A stretch of 64,000 bases of DNA from Asterias rubens (taxonomy: Eukaryota): the NCBI RefSeq assembly GCF_902459465.1, contig NC_047078.1, positions 8,308,001 through 8,372,000 on the forward strand, read 5' to 3'. The notes below the pieces were generated by a model that had not been told where the DNA came from, ran no database searches, and was given only the letters and a program-made list of their open reading frames with translations. The position numbers and the translations under genes were made by a program. The stretch's first letter is position 1, and each line of letters starts with the position of its first letter. This document shows, one piece after another, positions 15,001 to 27,910 of this stretch.

Positions 15001-16579
15001 CATATTACCTTACAGGACTCTCAACTAAAAGCGGGGAGGGAAAAAAGCAGGAAATGTGGTTACTTCACAAGGTCATGGAAGGTCCTAGATAGTCCCCTGG
15101 TAGTGTTTGATGAATTAGATCCTGAACAGCCTTTCCTAGAAGCCAAACAACAAAGCTTGAAGTTGAATTTGTCTCTTTGGGACATTGGGGTAAGGTATGC
15201 CCCATGTTGCTTGACCCCTTGACCCTTAAAATGACCCCAATTCACCCACAGACACTCACAGGTGCTTTGTGTTAAATGATTTAATTGGAATGCAAATTGG
15301 GTTTTTGTGAGTAGTTGCCAGTTTTGATCAAATACAGATGGCTTTTGGGTAGTAGAGACTCATGAGGGATAGGCCCAAGTGGGAGATGCATAGGCTGCAG
15401 CATGTTATCTGCCAACTCTGATCAATTCATATTTCCCAAAAGTTTCATGCAGTCCTGGAATTTCATTTTTGAACATGTTGAAAGAGCAAGGCAATTTTAA
15501 TTTTGCAAAGGGCACTTCCATTGCAAAATCTTAAGTCAATGGGAAACTTTTGCAGGGCACCTATGCCAAGACCAAGGGCAACTGTACATGTGTGGCCTCC
15601 ATGTAAGTCCAGGCCTGCCCTGAAAATAAACCAATCGTCCTACGTTGTGACCTGATGAAAAAAAACTGAAAAATCTCCCTGATTATACAAATCTTGAATT
15701 TGATTCTTTATCTAAATATTTCCCTGTTTGATGTACAAAACCTCCCAAATTGCAAGATGCACGTTGCCAGCTCTGGAGGCTATACTGTAGAACAGAGAAC
15801 ATTTTAAAATTGCTTTTAAAATTTAGTTTATAGGTTAGCACTGAATTTTAGATTGTGTATGTGCGTGCGTACTCCCTGTTACAATACTAGGCATTCTTCG
15901 CTTACACAGCTAGCGCAGCAATTCGCCGCTTGTGAATTTGCTGCGTAAGAGGAGGATGATCCTAAGCACAGAGTTTGTCGGTAAGCGAAGCCATAAAATT
16001 GGGCCCTGGTTTTTACTAAAAATTATCACATGTGTTCACATTTTCTGTGATGTGGTTACCACAGTAATCAGAATGTAATTTGTTCAAGGCTGGAACATGA
16101 GTTTACAAACTGAGCTACATGTAGAATTAAATATGAAATCATTGTATGCATACATAATTGGTTGACAATGTCAACAATGGGAAACTAGTAAAAAGTCCCC
16201 CGTGGGTGGAGTCATACAAATTGACATTCATGGTCGAAGTTTCTGTTCATTGAATCCCAATCCATGGGAAATTCTAACTGTTGCTGTTCCCTGAGTGCCT
16301 ACACCATTGCACACACATGTTCTTGGCTCAACATGGCTCAACAATACCTGTTTGTATCCAGCTCTTAACATTGCTCTGTTCCCTGTACTGGTTTCTGATC
16401 TTCTCTTTCAAGGCTACATGTAGTTCATTGTGTACTTTGTATTAAAGAAAGCCCTAAGAAGGTTTCTCTAACATGGTAAACATCCTCTCTGACACATTAA
16501 GACATGGTCATTTAACACTTCCTTTGTTCAACAAGGTAACCACAAGTCAACAATTCTTAAGAAATCAGACAAACTATTG

Positions 16580-16610
<31 letters not shown>

Positions 16611-19600
16611 ATTTTTGCTATGGTAGAACCATAGATGGTCAAACTCCATGGTCAAACTCGCTTGCGTATGTTATATGTTTTCTCAAACTTTAGTTAAAAC
16701 TATATTGGAAAATCAAACACAGAATTTTGTTTATCCATCCTATAACCTCTCTTAAAGTTGAATTGTCCAGGTTGTTTACTTTTAAAAAACAAGACATTCA
16801 GATTGATAAAATTATTATAAACCATCAGGCCTGATAATCAACTTCACAGAGGCAACAAAGGTGATTGCCTCCACGCTCCCCTGGTCATTGCCTTGATGCC
16901 CTTGAGATGATTCAGTATAAATTTACAATTTCCAAGAGTGCCCTTTATTATCAAGGAGAAAATGCCTTGATGCCCTTACCCTAAGCATACATGCCTGTAC
17001 CATGATCACCCGATCATCAAATTGCATGCTTTTAAAAATAAATACAGGAGTTGGAGGAGCCTTTTTTTTCTCTATGAATCTTTTTTATGAAATCCACATT
17101 CTTCAGAGCAGTTAGCATTATTGTTGACATGTTTGAAATTCTTGAGTGACTAAATAAAGCAGCCAGTTAGACCAGTCTCAATACATTTTATGCAAACTAG
17201 ACAGCCTCTGTTTATTAGTCAGTCTCATGTGGTGTAAACAATGGCAGTTAGCTCATATGATATCTGTGAGAAACTCTCTTGACTATCCAATGCATTGACT
17301 GAAGTCATGCTTCATACTGACTGTTATACGATTTACTTTGAATTTTTGTTTTTGTCTGTTGGTAGAACTATACCGCTGACAGGTTTACTGTCTTTGAATC
17401 AAGGTATAGAGCGTTGTTCATGTACAATGTATACAGCATTCTTGCACAGTTAAAGGATATGAACTAATGGCCATCGGTGTATGGGTAAAAACCAAAATTA
17501 ATATTCTTTATCCCCGATGCAAATTTAACTTACACGAATATCGTTGCGGTACCCGCTGCCAAAACATAGGATTCAAACTGCCTCTAGCTACCGGGCAACC
17601 TCTGTAGTCTAGTTGGTAAGACACTGCTCTAGAATTGCAAGGGTCGTGGGTTCGAATCACACCCGAGTAACATGCCTGTGATATTTTTTCACAGGACTCG
17701 GGGAAAGTACTAAAAGTATACAGTGCTAACACATATCGGTGTATGTAAAAACAAAAATTAATATTCTTTATCCCCGATGCAAACTTAACATTTCTTATAA
17801 TGGCCATTTATTATCTCTTTTTGTAAAGAGAAAACAATGTAAAACAATAAAAGTACATAATTTGTAAAGCGCCATCTGTCTATGACCAAACATATTCCGA
17901 AAAGAATAAAGGGAAAGAAAGAAGAAAAAAAAACAAATAAATACATTACAATGTACTTGGATTAACATGTAACTTGGATTAACATGTAACTTGGATTAAC
18001 ATGTAACTTGGATTATCAAAGTTTACAGGGGATGTAAAATAGAAATTTGCACTAACAAAAACGAAGTGTATAAAAAACAAAAATGCAACATACAAAAAAT
18101 GCTTTTGTCACCTTCAAGTGTTAGAGAAAACGTGTTCACATGAAGCCATTAGTGCATGACATTCCCTTTGATAAGCTTTTCGACTGTTGGGAAAGGTAGT
18201 CAACAAGAAATCTATGAATGGACAAAACCAGTAGACTGTTAAAAACTCAATTGACAAGAATTTGTCAGGTTACATTACGAACTGTGTGAATTCTACGCGT
18301 GAGTAATATTTCACAATGATCATTGTACAATCAGGATGGTCCAGTTCCCACGAGTGGTTACAAATACAAAGTTTGGTGTGAAAGTTCCCAAGTATACTCG
18401 CAGTTGGTAAAAAATACAAACTGAACAAAGTGACCAATCAATAAACTTGTCTGCACTTTGAAAAGATTTTAAATACTGTACAAAGACCACTGGAGAGTGA
18501 TGGGCAAAATAAAAGGTATTCAGTTATACCAGTTTTCTAATCAACATCAAAAAATCAAACCAATGCCTTTGAAGTTTAATTAGACCATGTGTTGACAATC
18601 AATTTGTCCGAAGGATTCTGTATTGCAAATAATTTTGTTATTTTTAAAAATCAAAATGAGCAGTTTCTGTTGACAAGATGACACTTTACTGGTTGATTGC
18701 ATGGTTATTGCAAGACTTGTTGGTGCCCATAATTGTTTTTTGGTACCCATATTTGTTTTAAGCTTGGCATATATTGACTCAATATATTGAGTCATAGTTT
18801 TTCTGCTTGAATTTCCCACTGTTGTATTGGATGAAAAAAAAATCTTTAAAAAAAGTCAGTCATATGATTTTTTTCTTGTAAAACAATGTACTGTACATGT
18901 AAGGATTAACAATAACTGACAACTTTGATGTGTAATTGATTGGCAAAAACATTAAAATTGACAGTAAAAGGGAGATCAGTCGTTCCCATTGACCTCTCTA
19001 TTCAACTTTCACCTCTTCTCCCACTTTGGAAACAACGGTAAAACCGTAAAAATAATACAAAAGTGATCGACAGAAAAAGAGTTTTAAGAAACCAGACACC
19101 GAAAGAGTCAGTTGAGATGAATGTTTCACATCAAAAAGCAGTAGGCCTAATGGCTTCACATTTGAGAAGTATAGAGGAGAAATTTGAGAAAGACTTGGCT
19201 AAGGTTGAAACGTGAGGTCATTACCATTTTAAAAATCCTAACCATGAGCTCACTTTGGGTGCAACAGCCATGTCTTTTCAAATTATTTTGTCAATCTCTT
19301 AAAACTTGTGTTTTACAGCTACATGTTCATGCGGAACTCAAGATACGAATGAACTCTATACCTGTTAGGGCCTATAATACAAGGCCTTGAAAAGTGGAAC
19401 TTCATCATTGAGAGGGCAAGGCCACTTTCGTTTTGCAAAGGGCACTTCAATTGGCAAGAAGCTGACTTTAGTAAAGGGCACCAAGGCCAATACTAGGGGC
19501 AACAGAGGCCATGGACTATGTTTAATTTTAGGCTGGCTCAAAAACCTTTGACACCTTTTCTCTATTACTTAATGTACTGTCTACTTCAATTGACTACATC

Positions 19601-22600
19601 ATTCAGGCCTGGCACAGCTTGCCCAACTTTTGAAGAGGCACCAAGGCCGAGACACCAGTGCAACAGAGGCCATAGGCTCTGTTTAATTACACGCCTGCTC
19701 AAAACCCTTGGATATATTTTCTCTATGGATAAACTGTCCACTTCCATTAACTGCATCTTTCAGGCCTGTCACAGCTTGCCAAACTTATTTGTTGTTTTTA
19801 CTGAGTGGGCTGGCTGAGTGATTTAAGGTCAACCTTAGAGGTCATAATCCTTGAACACGTTAACTATTAAAATTCTTGCACCTGGCCATAAATTATAGAT
19901 GCTCAAAAGTGGGATATTACTCAGAGAGCAAAGATGATAAAAAAACATTCATGGATGGAATAATGTGAGAAAGGGTTTATGGTTATAGCAAATAAATTTC
20001 AACACCTCTTTGAAGATGAAACAGCTGAGACTCTTTGAGATTAAACTAACATCAGCAGAAATCCATTTATTATTAAAAGTTATTTAGTATGCAGAACCTC
20101 ATTGAAGGCCAACTAAAAAACATTATTGCATGGTTCTCAACACACGGTTTTCGATGCGGTTTTAGAAGGGTTGAGACTTTGTGATATAAAAACTAAACAT
20201 CAACTGGCAGAAATCTATGCACATTAAAAATCATTGCATTTTTTTAGTATGCAGACTGCAGAACTCCATTATAGGCCGAATAAAAATATATTATTTGCAT
20301 ACGCTTGTACTGTTTTCAAGTAATAATAAACCACATGGGAAATTTTAAATAGTTTTTGGTCAAACTTACAAAGAAAAATTTGCTAGTGCCGGACTTGAAC
20401 CCGCGACCTCCGGATTAACATGACGCCGAAATACCACTTTAGGCCACAATGCTGGTGGTCTCCTTATTTTGCTAATATCTTTGTTAGAGGGTGCAGACTA
20501 GTAGAGGCCATTCAACCTGTTCAACTGGTACATGTAACTACCAGGGATTACATGTACATCCAAGATCTATGCTAATTTAGTACTGTAGGCTAGTAGAAAA
20601 AAAACACATTATTTTTTAGGGTGGATTAAAAACTAAGGGCACAATTTTTTTGAAAATCACACGCTGCAGGACAGTCTTGATATGAAAACTTTTTTTTTTC
20701 TGTACAGGATTGCAACAAAGTAGGCCTACACACGTATAGGCCTATCGAAAGAAATTTTCCAAGAAGGGAGCCAATCATCATAAATCATCAATGAATTACT
20801 GCTGGTTTTTCAAGGGTACAAAGCTACCAAACAGTGACAGTTTTTAAGGTTACACACAGCATATTTCTGGTATGATAAACACACTGATTGGTGATTACAG
20901 CTGTGTTGATTGAAAGGTTTCATGGCTTCGCTGGAAAACTTGAGCCAGTATCTTTTTAAAAAAAATTGAATAACCCTGGCCTGATGCTTTACTGAGGCAA
21001 TGAAGGCGATTGCCTTCATGCCCCCTCGCCATTGTCTTGGTGCCCTTAAAATGCTATTATAGGCCTAAGTCTAAGTGGAAATTTAGTATTTCCTCATACG
21101 GTGTCCTTTACCAGGGAGAAAATGCCTTATTATTGCCCTACCTTTTCAAAAATGAAGCAAACTGGGTTCCATTGATACCAATTAATTATTAATTCTTTAC
21201 GAGACATGTCTGTGATAGTGTAGGAAAGAATTTAAACCAAAAGGAAAAATTGTAAAATTTAATGATTAAAGATATTTGTTGACTTTTCATTCATCATTTC
21301 CCACTACTGACCCAGTATTCTTGTGGTCATTTTTAGTGTAAACATGCAAATATTTGCGGTTTATTCCCACGCCAAGCATCTGGTCAGTTCCTAGTGTTAG
21401 TCTGTGGTCTTAGGGGTTGGTCAATATGCATCAATTGGTCATTGATGGAGTGTTTATAAGTTATTCTTAAGGTCATTCGTTCAATGATTTAATATTCTAT
21501 TTTGTTGAGTTTAATTCAATACAAGGTCCCTTAAAGACCATGTCATTTTTGAAATTCAAACAATCATAAATTGACTTGAGTCAAGCTTTGCACAGGTAAA
21601 ATCATCATTGCCAGTGCATGTTGTTTTCATCAGTAAGGAACAGAATATAATTCCCTACACTCGGGGAGAAGCCTGTTGCATTAGACTGGCTGGGAATTTG
21701 TCTGCTGTTTCATCAAGCCAATTTTGCTTTGTTCAACTATGGTTCAACCCAAAATTATTTCATCTTCCCGGTCTCTTTCCTTGCGGTTTATTACTTCCTA
21801 AATTTTTTAAATGATCAATAATTTGTACACGTTGTCCATGACCATTGGTTCATAGGGCCAACAGTTCACTTTCCACAGACTCTATATTCAATATTAAATT
21901 AGACTCCCCATGGAGTCAGATACTGGGGGACGTTTGTAGAGTTCCTGATCCTTTATTGTCATGCGGATCACTTTCCATTATGTGAGCAACAATAGAACCT
22001 GTCCCTGAACCGAAACAATCAATGATGTCACAGAGCCAAAAAATGAACGTCCGCAACACATGTGTAATTAGAGACGCCCTGTCCTTATTGCGTCTATAAA
22101 AAACTAATGCAGTGTACACAAATCGTTCAGCCGACAACAAGACGAATCAGGTAATGAGAAAATGGAACAAAACAAAATGAACCGTTAGAAATTGGTATCA
22201 CGTGTAGGCTACATGATCAAATGAACCATTAATTTTATTACAACCAAAATGAAAGGCCTAAAGGCCTAAATAAATAACCTTATGATTTAAGACATGACAA
22301 TAAATAATAAAGAACCTGATAAATTTTTATTTTAAAAAGACAATGAGGGAACTAATGAGGAACTTCATACATGTAGAACACTCAAAGAAAACTTGTTGTT
22401 GCCCCAATAGACCGATCCATTAAGCTCCGCCCCATTGCATATTGACCAATCCCAACGCAAAGAAGGTCCGACACTAAGGTCCGCTATGCGTGCGCGTATG
22501 CTTGGGGCGCGCGGCAGAGTTGTGCAGAAAGGCATTGTAGAGCCCCACGTGTTCTTTACACAAATGCATCGTGGGCGGAGCCTACTGGATTGGTCTATTG

Positions 22601-25600
22601 TACTGTCTTAAAAACATTATGCATTTAACATGTGATAAAACAACTTAACTGCTTTAAATTTGGTTGTTTTTAACAACTTGAAATTTGGCAACACAAATTG
22701 GAATGATAATAATAATTTGGGGGGCTAATCATCCTAATCATAATACTCGCAGCTAAGCTGAATTGCGAAGGACACGGCTAAAACGTGTTCAAGAAGCTGG
22801 CATGCAAGGGCGCATTTGGCTGCCAGCCACATCAACCCATTACGACAACGGAGCACAACCAAAGATCGAAAGTGTTTGATTTTTTTCCGAGAGAGTAAAA
22901 TCGAATGGTCTGGCAAACCCTTGAGGCACAGCAGAGAACCAACGCACAATTCAACTCACATAAATATATGGCCCTGGCCGGGAATCAAACCGGGGTGACG
23001 TTGGTGAGAGGCAAGTGCTTTACGCGCAAGCCAAACATGCCACCCTAGGTTCTACAATACAGCACTCAAGTATCCGACCCCCAATGGAGCATCAAAGCCC
23101 TCATATGTTAAACAAACACCTGCAAGATGTGGAGCTACTTGTTGAAGTATTAGACCAATACATGTAGAACCATTCGCAAATACTGGGGCGCACGCGTAAA
23201 GCTCAGAATTAGGTGCATTGCATCTCATTAGGTGCAATGCATCTCATTCAACAGTCTGCGCTTGCGCACTGGTATTTGCGAAAAGGTCATGTATTGTAGA
23301 TCCATGGTGCTGTGGCGCAAAGTTTCTTATTTTTTTTAAATATAATTGTAAAACTCTTGACTGTGGTTGTATTTCAATAAATTTTATTCAAGTGTAAATA
23401 ATTTATGTTAGGCCCTATACACATAGAACACAATAGGAAACGATTGGTCTCGTTCATACAATAGAACCAAGTGCATGACAAAGCATCAAGATTGTTGTAT
23501 GAATGCAATTTATGATGAGGAACTGTTGCCATGGTGATATGTTGATAGAGTGACACGCATAGCCAACGGCAGCTGCAACATGTGTCATTACCCACAAAAG
23601 GGCTTTCCAGTCATGGATAACACCACATTAATTCAACAATCGTGTACTTAATACCATTGTTCAAAATATTTGTTAGCTGTTGTACTGTGTCTTGTTTCCT
23701 GACTCAAAGACTTGTTTAGGTGCAGTGAGATGTAATTCATGTTCCCCAACTATTTTTATGCATACATGTAGTAATGTATTATGAAGGACATACAAATATT
23801 ATTTTTCAGTAAATTATAATCACATGCGCATACTGCCAATAGGTTTTTTCTTGATCTAAGCTAATGTATTAACTCAATTAGTAGCTTGTGAAGGCCAGAA
23901 TCATTATTATAAAAAAAAACAGTGGGTTGATTTAGAGCATTAGTAAATTACTCTTAGAGACTAGACCCCCCCCCCCCCACACAAAAAAAAAAGAAGAAGA
24001 TAATAATGGCAAAACAAGCTTTGTTGAACACTGACTCCCTGACTGGCACCCCCACACCCTAAATTGACAAACATATAGGGAGCAAGGTGGGAACATACAC
24101 TGTACGTTAACATGTAGGGCTAGGGCTACATATTGTAGATAGCTCAGTTGGTTGAGTACTAGCAATTTAATCCGGAGGTTCACAGACAGTTCAAGTCAAG
24201 CACCACACTGATAAACTTGTCTAAGTTGTTCCAGCCAAAATCACTTAAAACAGTACAGTTTCAGCCTAAAAAAGGGAGGTTCCACCATAGTCCTTGCTAC
24301 ACATGTACATGTATGGTTCTCATTAAATTGGCATCGGGATAAAGAATATTTATTTTGGTTTTACTCGTATACACACTGATGTGTAACATCACTCTATACT
24401 CGGTACTTTCTCAAGTTCTGTGAAAAAAATCGCTAGCCATTTTACTCACGGTGATATTCTGAGGTTCTACAGTGTACATACATGGCATACACGTACTGAC
24501 TTAAACAGAGAACTGTCTGCTTTGAGTTCCTTTGTTTTGCTGTCCTTAATATAAACCAACATTCAAATTATAAAGGGGTAAATATTGGCCAGTTCCAGCA
24601 ATCTTGTTATACCAGAGTTGACTAATGTACAATTGTAGGCCTTCTAATGTACATCTTATGGTTTAAATAAAGGGAAGGTATGTTTGGTAATTGTCAAAGA
24701 GTAGTCTTCTCACTTTGGTGTATCCCACAAAAACATAAAATAACAAGCTTGTGAAAATTTGAGCTAAATAATTGGTCATCGAAGTTGCAAGAAAATGATG
24801 AGAGAAAAAACACCCTTGTTCAGTTGTTGGCGTGCATGTTCAGTATGTATTTGTGTGCTTTCAGATAGGAATAAAAGACTTCTGGCTCGAAGTCTTTTAT
24901 TATTTTAACTAGTGAGAAATTACCTCTTTCTCAAAATCTATGCTACATGTACTTCAGAGGGAGCTGTTTCTCACATTGTTTTATACTATCAACAGCTCTC
25001 CAACGCTAATTACCAAGTCAGTTTTTAAGTTAATGTTTGTTTACTTCAAAGTTCAGAGGGAGCCGTTTCTCACAATGTTTTTAACCATCTACCTCTCCCC
25101 ATTACTCGTCACCATGTAAGGTTTTATGCTAATAATTATTTTGAGTAATTACCAATAGTGTCCACTGCCTTTAACACTAACAGCCTCATTCTTTGTAAAC
25201 CAATCTCTACCAGGCACAGTGTTCCTGTGGTTTTAGAGATTTAACAAGCTCATTATTACCCCACATCTGCTGCCCACAGTGTCTATCTTTCGATCTTTTG
25301 TAGAAAGTTTTATTAAAAACGGACAGCTGTGCACAGCTCATCTTCCAAGACATGTTATTAACAATTCATTTTTCTCACGGTATTAAACATTGATGTGCGA
25401 AGGATAAAAGTACATCGTTGGACTACAAGTTTTGTGTTGAGTAAAAGGTGTAGTGTGAATTAATTTAATATTTTTTACCTTGGCCTGGCATTTTATAAAT
25501 TCTTATATAGACACCACAAATTGTCTTCTTTGACCTTGTATTGATCGTACCTCTTGAAACATTCCTACTTTAGAAATTTTATATATTTTTACACTAGTTT

Positions 25601-27592
25601 GAGCCCCTTTCTCATAGAAAGAAATTGCCTTGACTTTTCACAAATAAAATAACACCCCTCTTCAAAAATGCAAATCAACAGATATACAGTATTCAATCTT
25701 AAAACCACCTTCAGGTAATGTGTAGCAGAGGCTCTATGTTTTTAGTTTTTAAAACCAAACCAAAGTCAAAGCTAAAACCATCATGGGCCAGGCCAATAAC
25801 CCACCAAACTCCAAAATGGTTTAGCCTTTGAGAAAGACTTGGCTATTTAAAAGTGGGCCAAAATAAGCCTCCTTTGGAGTTTACAGTTATCTTGGTAAGT
25901 GTACCAAACCATGTACATGTAGGCCCCTAACTGTCCTTTTTAGGAAATTAACACCAGGTAGTTTTGGTTGGTTGTTGAAAATTAGTTTTCAAATGTTTCT
26001 CTTCAAATTAGTTTTCTCAGATTATATTCAGAAAAAGAAAATAAAGTGACAATTAACCATCCTAACCCCTTCACTAGGACAATTTTGATTTAAAGGGAAC
26101 AATCTCTTTAGACAATGTCTCATACACAAGATCTTCCAGTGTTTAAACTATACACCTAGTTCTCAACGGTAAAAGTGTCTTCACACACATTTGAAAAAAG
26201 CTTCTCCGGACAACGTTTACACATGACACAGCCAGCACTAAAGGGATGCACGCATGATGGAGTTGATAAGTAAATAATGAATGCAGTAACAGTATTAGTC
26301 CCCCTTTGTCTGGCATTGATCCGGTGTAGGGTTTTAAAAATAGGGGGGCTTTTTGTTCCGTAAGACACAACACGCAGTTCTGTTGTGTGAGGAATTTTAT
26401 AGCATGTAGATTATGATGGGCCAGTCACTATTGTGTGTGTAGGATTGGGTTTGATTCAATTTCTAGAAGATTGTTTGGGTTTTTGGTTTTGTTGACAGTG
26501 GCTAGCCAGCTGGACAAGTGGGCTTGGCTTTGTATTTCAATGGTTTACCTGTTTACCTGTAGATTCGGGCTCTGCATAATGAAGGCTAAATGAAGCCTTA
26601 TAAAACGCCCATCCATATTCACACAAAACTTACTGCAAAAGTACTGAATGCAATGGAAGTAGCGAAGTCAAATGTGAGAGCAGAAGAGAATGAACTTAAT
26701 ATTTCCATATATCCTGTGGTGAACATCCTGCAAAACTGTACATGTCAATGTTTTTGGTGAGGTACTCATCAATGCCAATTTTGAAGATGTTAGTTGAATG
26801 AAAATAAACAACTGCAGCTGGTAGTTTGTTCCAAACATTACAGACTCTCTGTGTGAAGTTGTTCTGACGAATTCTGGTAGTACTAAATGTACGTTCCTTG
26901 TTTATCTTCAGATCATGGCCCCTTAGACCCTTTACATTTCTTGACATGTCAAATAGCTTATCTGGATGGTCTACATACAGCCGTTGTCATAAAAGTTGAT
27001 GCCTTTTGAACTTACTTAAAATTTATTTATGGGAGCCATGTATACATCACGTGTGTATGAATAATATTTGCAGACAAAGAATTCTGTGTAAGTGGAAAGT
27101 AAAAATATTTCCCCCAGCTGGTGCAAATGTTTATTTCATCAACATTAAATAACACAACATAGCATGGGAAAAATTGATAGTCAGTAGTGTTCAATACCCT
27201 ACGTTTTAAGGGAAATGCAGTGCAAGGCTTGGAAACTTATCCCAAAATAAAATTAAGCGACATTTTCATCATGCCAGAAAACATTACATTGTCTGTATAA
27301 TTGTAAAACCCCGGTTCGTTCACAATTTAACACTTCGTTCGAAAAGGTTACCCAAACCACACCACACAACTACAATAAAAAGCAATTCTCCCCAATTGCC
27401 TTCACGTAATTCTTTCAAAAGAACATAAAAAAGTACAACACGGATCACCGAATATTGAGACCACATACCTTGTGTTTGTAGCGCATTTTGACCGCAGACG
27501 ACACGTGCCGAAAAGATCCCTAACAACAAAACCGCCAACACGTACGCAGTCCGTCCGCAAAAACAAGCTGGAAAAACACCTTTTTTGAACAT
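1..27592 (-). CDS. IGSF9: IgSF9/Turtle-like Ig-superfamily adhesion receptor (5 Ig + FN3), 3'-partial, 9 coding exons in window
   Basis: Exons in transcription order: 27592-27469 (signal peptide MFKKGVFPACFCGRTAYVLAVLLLGIFSARVVCGQNALQTQ), 9972-9634 (Ig1), 5595-5329 (Ig2), 4793-4506 (Ig3), 3970-3820 + 3330-3197 (Ig4), 2712-2597 + 1995-1845 (Ig5), 47-1 (LTSPHKPLNVTVVTTI, FN3 start, cut by the window edge). All introns are GT..AG with matching phases. Each Ig has the C..W..DxGxYxC pattern. The 5 Ig + FN3 layout and motifs such as WYSCSPTNGLG, YTCAPYNKIGTAG and YQCEAANEIAT match Turtle/IgSF9. The family call is from recognition, not a search. Confidence 0.85.
2805..3095. mobile_element. Penelope-like retroelement terminal fragment with degenerate hammerhead-like motif
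   Basis: The same ~250-bp sequence recurs inverted at about 59880-60120. The minus strand at 3047-3088 reads gTGACGA t GACT..AGTC GAAAC, resembling a hammerhead core. Confidence 0.5.
3556..3720 (+). mobile_element. tRNA-derived SINE fragment with V-domain-like core
   Basis: Degenerate B-box (GGTTTAAATCC) followed by GCGTGGGTTTCC..CTCCCACATCTAAA. A related copy lies at about 39440-39595. Confidence 0.5.
4014..4329. mobile_element. MITE family A (TTAA-flanked, AGGCAGTGGACAC termini), degenerate copy
   Basis: Shares termini and internal motifs (GAGGGAGCCGTTTCTCACAATG, CTATCAACAGCTCTCC) with more than 10 copies in the window. Confidence 0.7.
9208..9397. mobile_element. 190-bp MITE with GGGGTGGATTTCACAAAGAGTT TIRs
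   Basis: GGGGTTGATTTCACAAAGAGTT ... AACTCTTTGTGAAATCCACCCC, with internal palindromic AGGACTAGTCCT repeats. Confidence 0.8.
10387..12622. mobile_element. MITE family B (CAGGGCCCAATTTCATAGAGCT TIR) split by a 2-kb insertion
   Basis: Left TIR at 10387, right TIR GAAATTGGGCCCTG ends at 12622. Other copies: 13384-13566, 14263-14572, 32183-32382, ~49750-49926, ~57045-57302, 61168-61535, 63772-64000. Confidence 0.75.
10461..12531. mobile_element. Non-autonomous DNA transposon, 2071 bp, ~140-bp TIRs, 9-bp TSD
   Basis: TIRs 10461-10602 and 12394-12531 differ by about 4 substitutions and one 4-bp indel; termini TAGTCTTGG..CCAAGACTA. TSD CGCTTACCG at 10452-10460 and 12532-12540. No transposase ORF inside. 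Confidence 0.88.
15450..15617. mobile_element. MITE family D (CAGGCCTG termini, GGGCACC/GGGCAAGGC motifs; hAT-like)
   Basis: CAGTCCTGGA ... TCCAGGCCTG. Related copies at about 255-375, 5050-5140, 8479-8660, 16827-16990, 19380-19790 and 20976-21150. No TSD found, so the superfamily is tentative. Confidence 0.6.
16585..16610. repeat. (CT)13 microsatellite
   Basis: Directly visible. Confidence 0.95.
17567..17790 (+). mobile_element. tRNA-derived SINE-like repeat (A box TAGTCTAGTTGG, B box GGTTCGAATC)
   Basis: Second full copy at 31526-31749; tail fragments at 9539-9620, 17472-17529 and inverted at about 24324-24450. The anticodon arm is not a canonical stem-loop, so this is not a tRNA gene. 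Confidence 0.75.
17953..18014. repeat. 17-bp tandem repeat (AACTTGGATTAACATGT) x ~3.5
   Basis: Directly visible. Confidence 0.9.
18030..18830 (-). mobile_element. Highly decayed LINE ORF2 fragment (possible)
   Basis: Scattered similarity (Y..KLKTN....K.LW; WLHVNTFSL) with many stops and frameshifts. Confidence 0.3.
22405..22600. mobile_element. 196-bp MITE with CAATAGACC..GCTCCGCCCA TIRs
   Basis: CAATAGACCGATCCATTAAGCTCCGCCCA and TGGGCGGAGCCTACTGGATTGGTCTATTG are imperfect reverse complements. Confidence 0.8.
24667..25174. mobile_element. MITE family A, long copy with internal duplication
   Basis: AGGGAAGGTATGTTTGGTAATTG ... AATTACCAATAGTGTCCACTGCCT|TTAA. The CTTCAGAGGGAGC..CTCAC block appears twice. 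Confidence 0.8.
26696..26990 (-). mobile_element. CR1-type LINE 3' end fragment
   Basis: LRGHDLKI..RQNNFTQRVCNVWNKLPAAVV..S.NIFKIGIDEYL is the classic CR1 ORF2 C-terminal motif set. Confidence 0.8.
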
Positions 27593-27910
27593 GACATCTC
27601 AATTTTCTGCTCTCTCCTCAACACCATGAAGTTATAGAAAGGCTGTGTGTTGCCGTTTATGAGTATCTTTCCCAGGAAATGTCATCATTTTGTTGGTAAA
27701 GTCAAGCAAAATGTTGCCCTTACGACCGTGAAAAATATAGCACTTGCCGTCTGCGCGAACATTGTTGACAGTCTGTGTGTTTGCAGGTGGCCGGCCGACC
27801 AAAAGCGCATGTGCGTTAAGCCATTCAGAAATTAATGAGCGTCCGCGGATCGACCAATAAGAACGACAGTTATAAACAAGCCCCTTAGAAATAAACCAAT
27901 CACGACTCTC
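27593..27910 (-). promoter_or_regulatory. Putative IgSF9 5' UTR/promoter region
   Basis: CpG-richer stretch immediately upstream of the signal-peptide exon, with two CCAAT motifs (about 27854 and 27896). TSS not determinable. Confidence 0.35.

Noticed and set aside
17590-17670. Possible tRNA gene (also 31550-31630, 20385-20450, 22970-23040, 24130-24190, 47665-47725)
   Set aside because: Broken acceptor or anticodon stems and attached repeat bodies indicate SINE heads.
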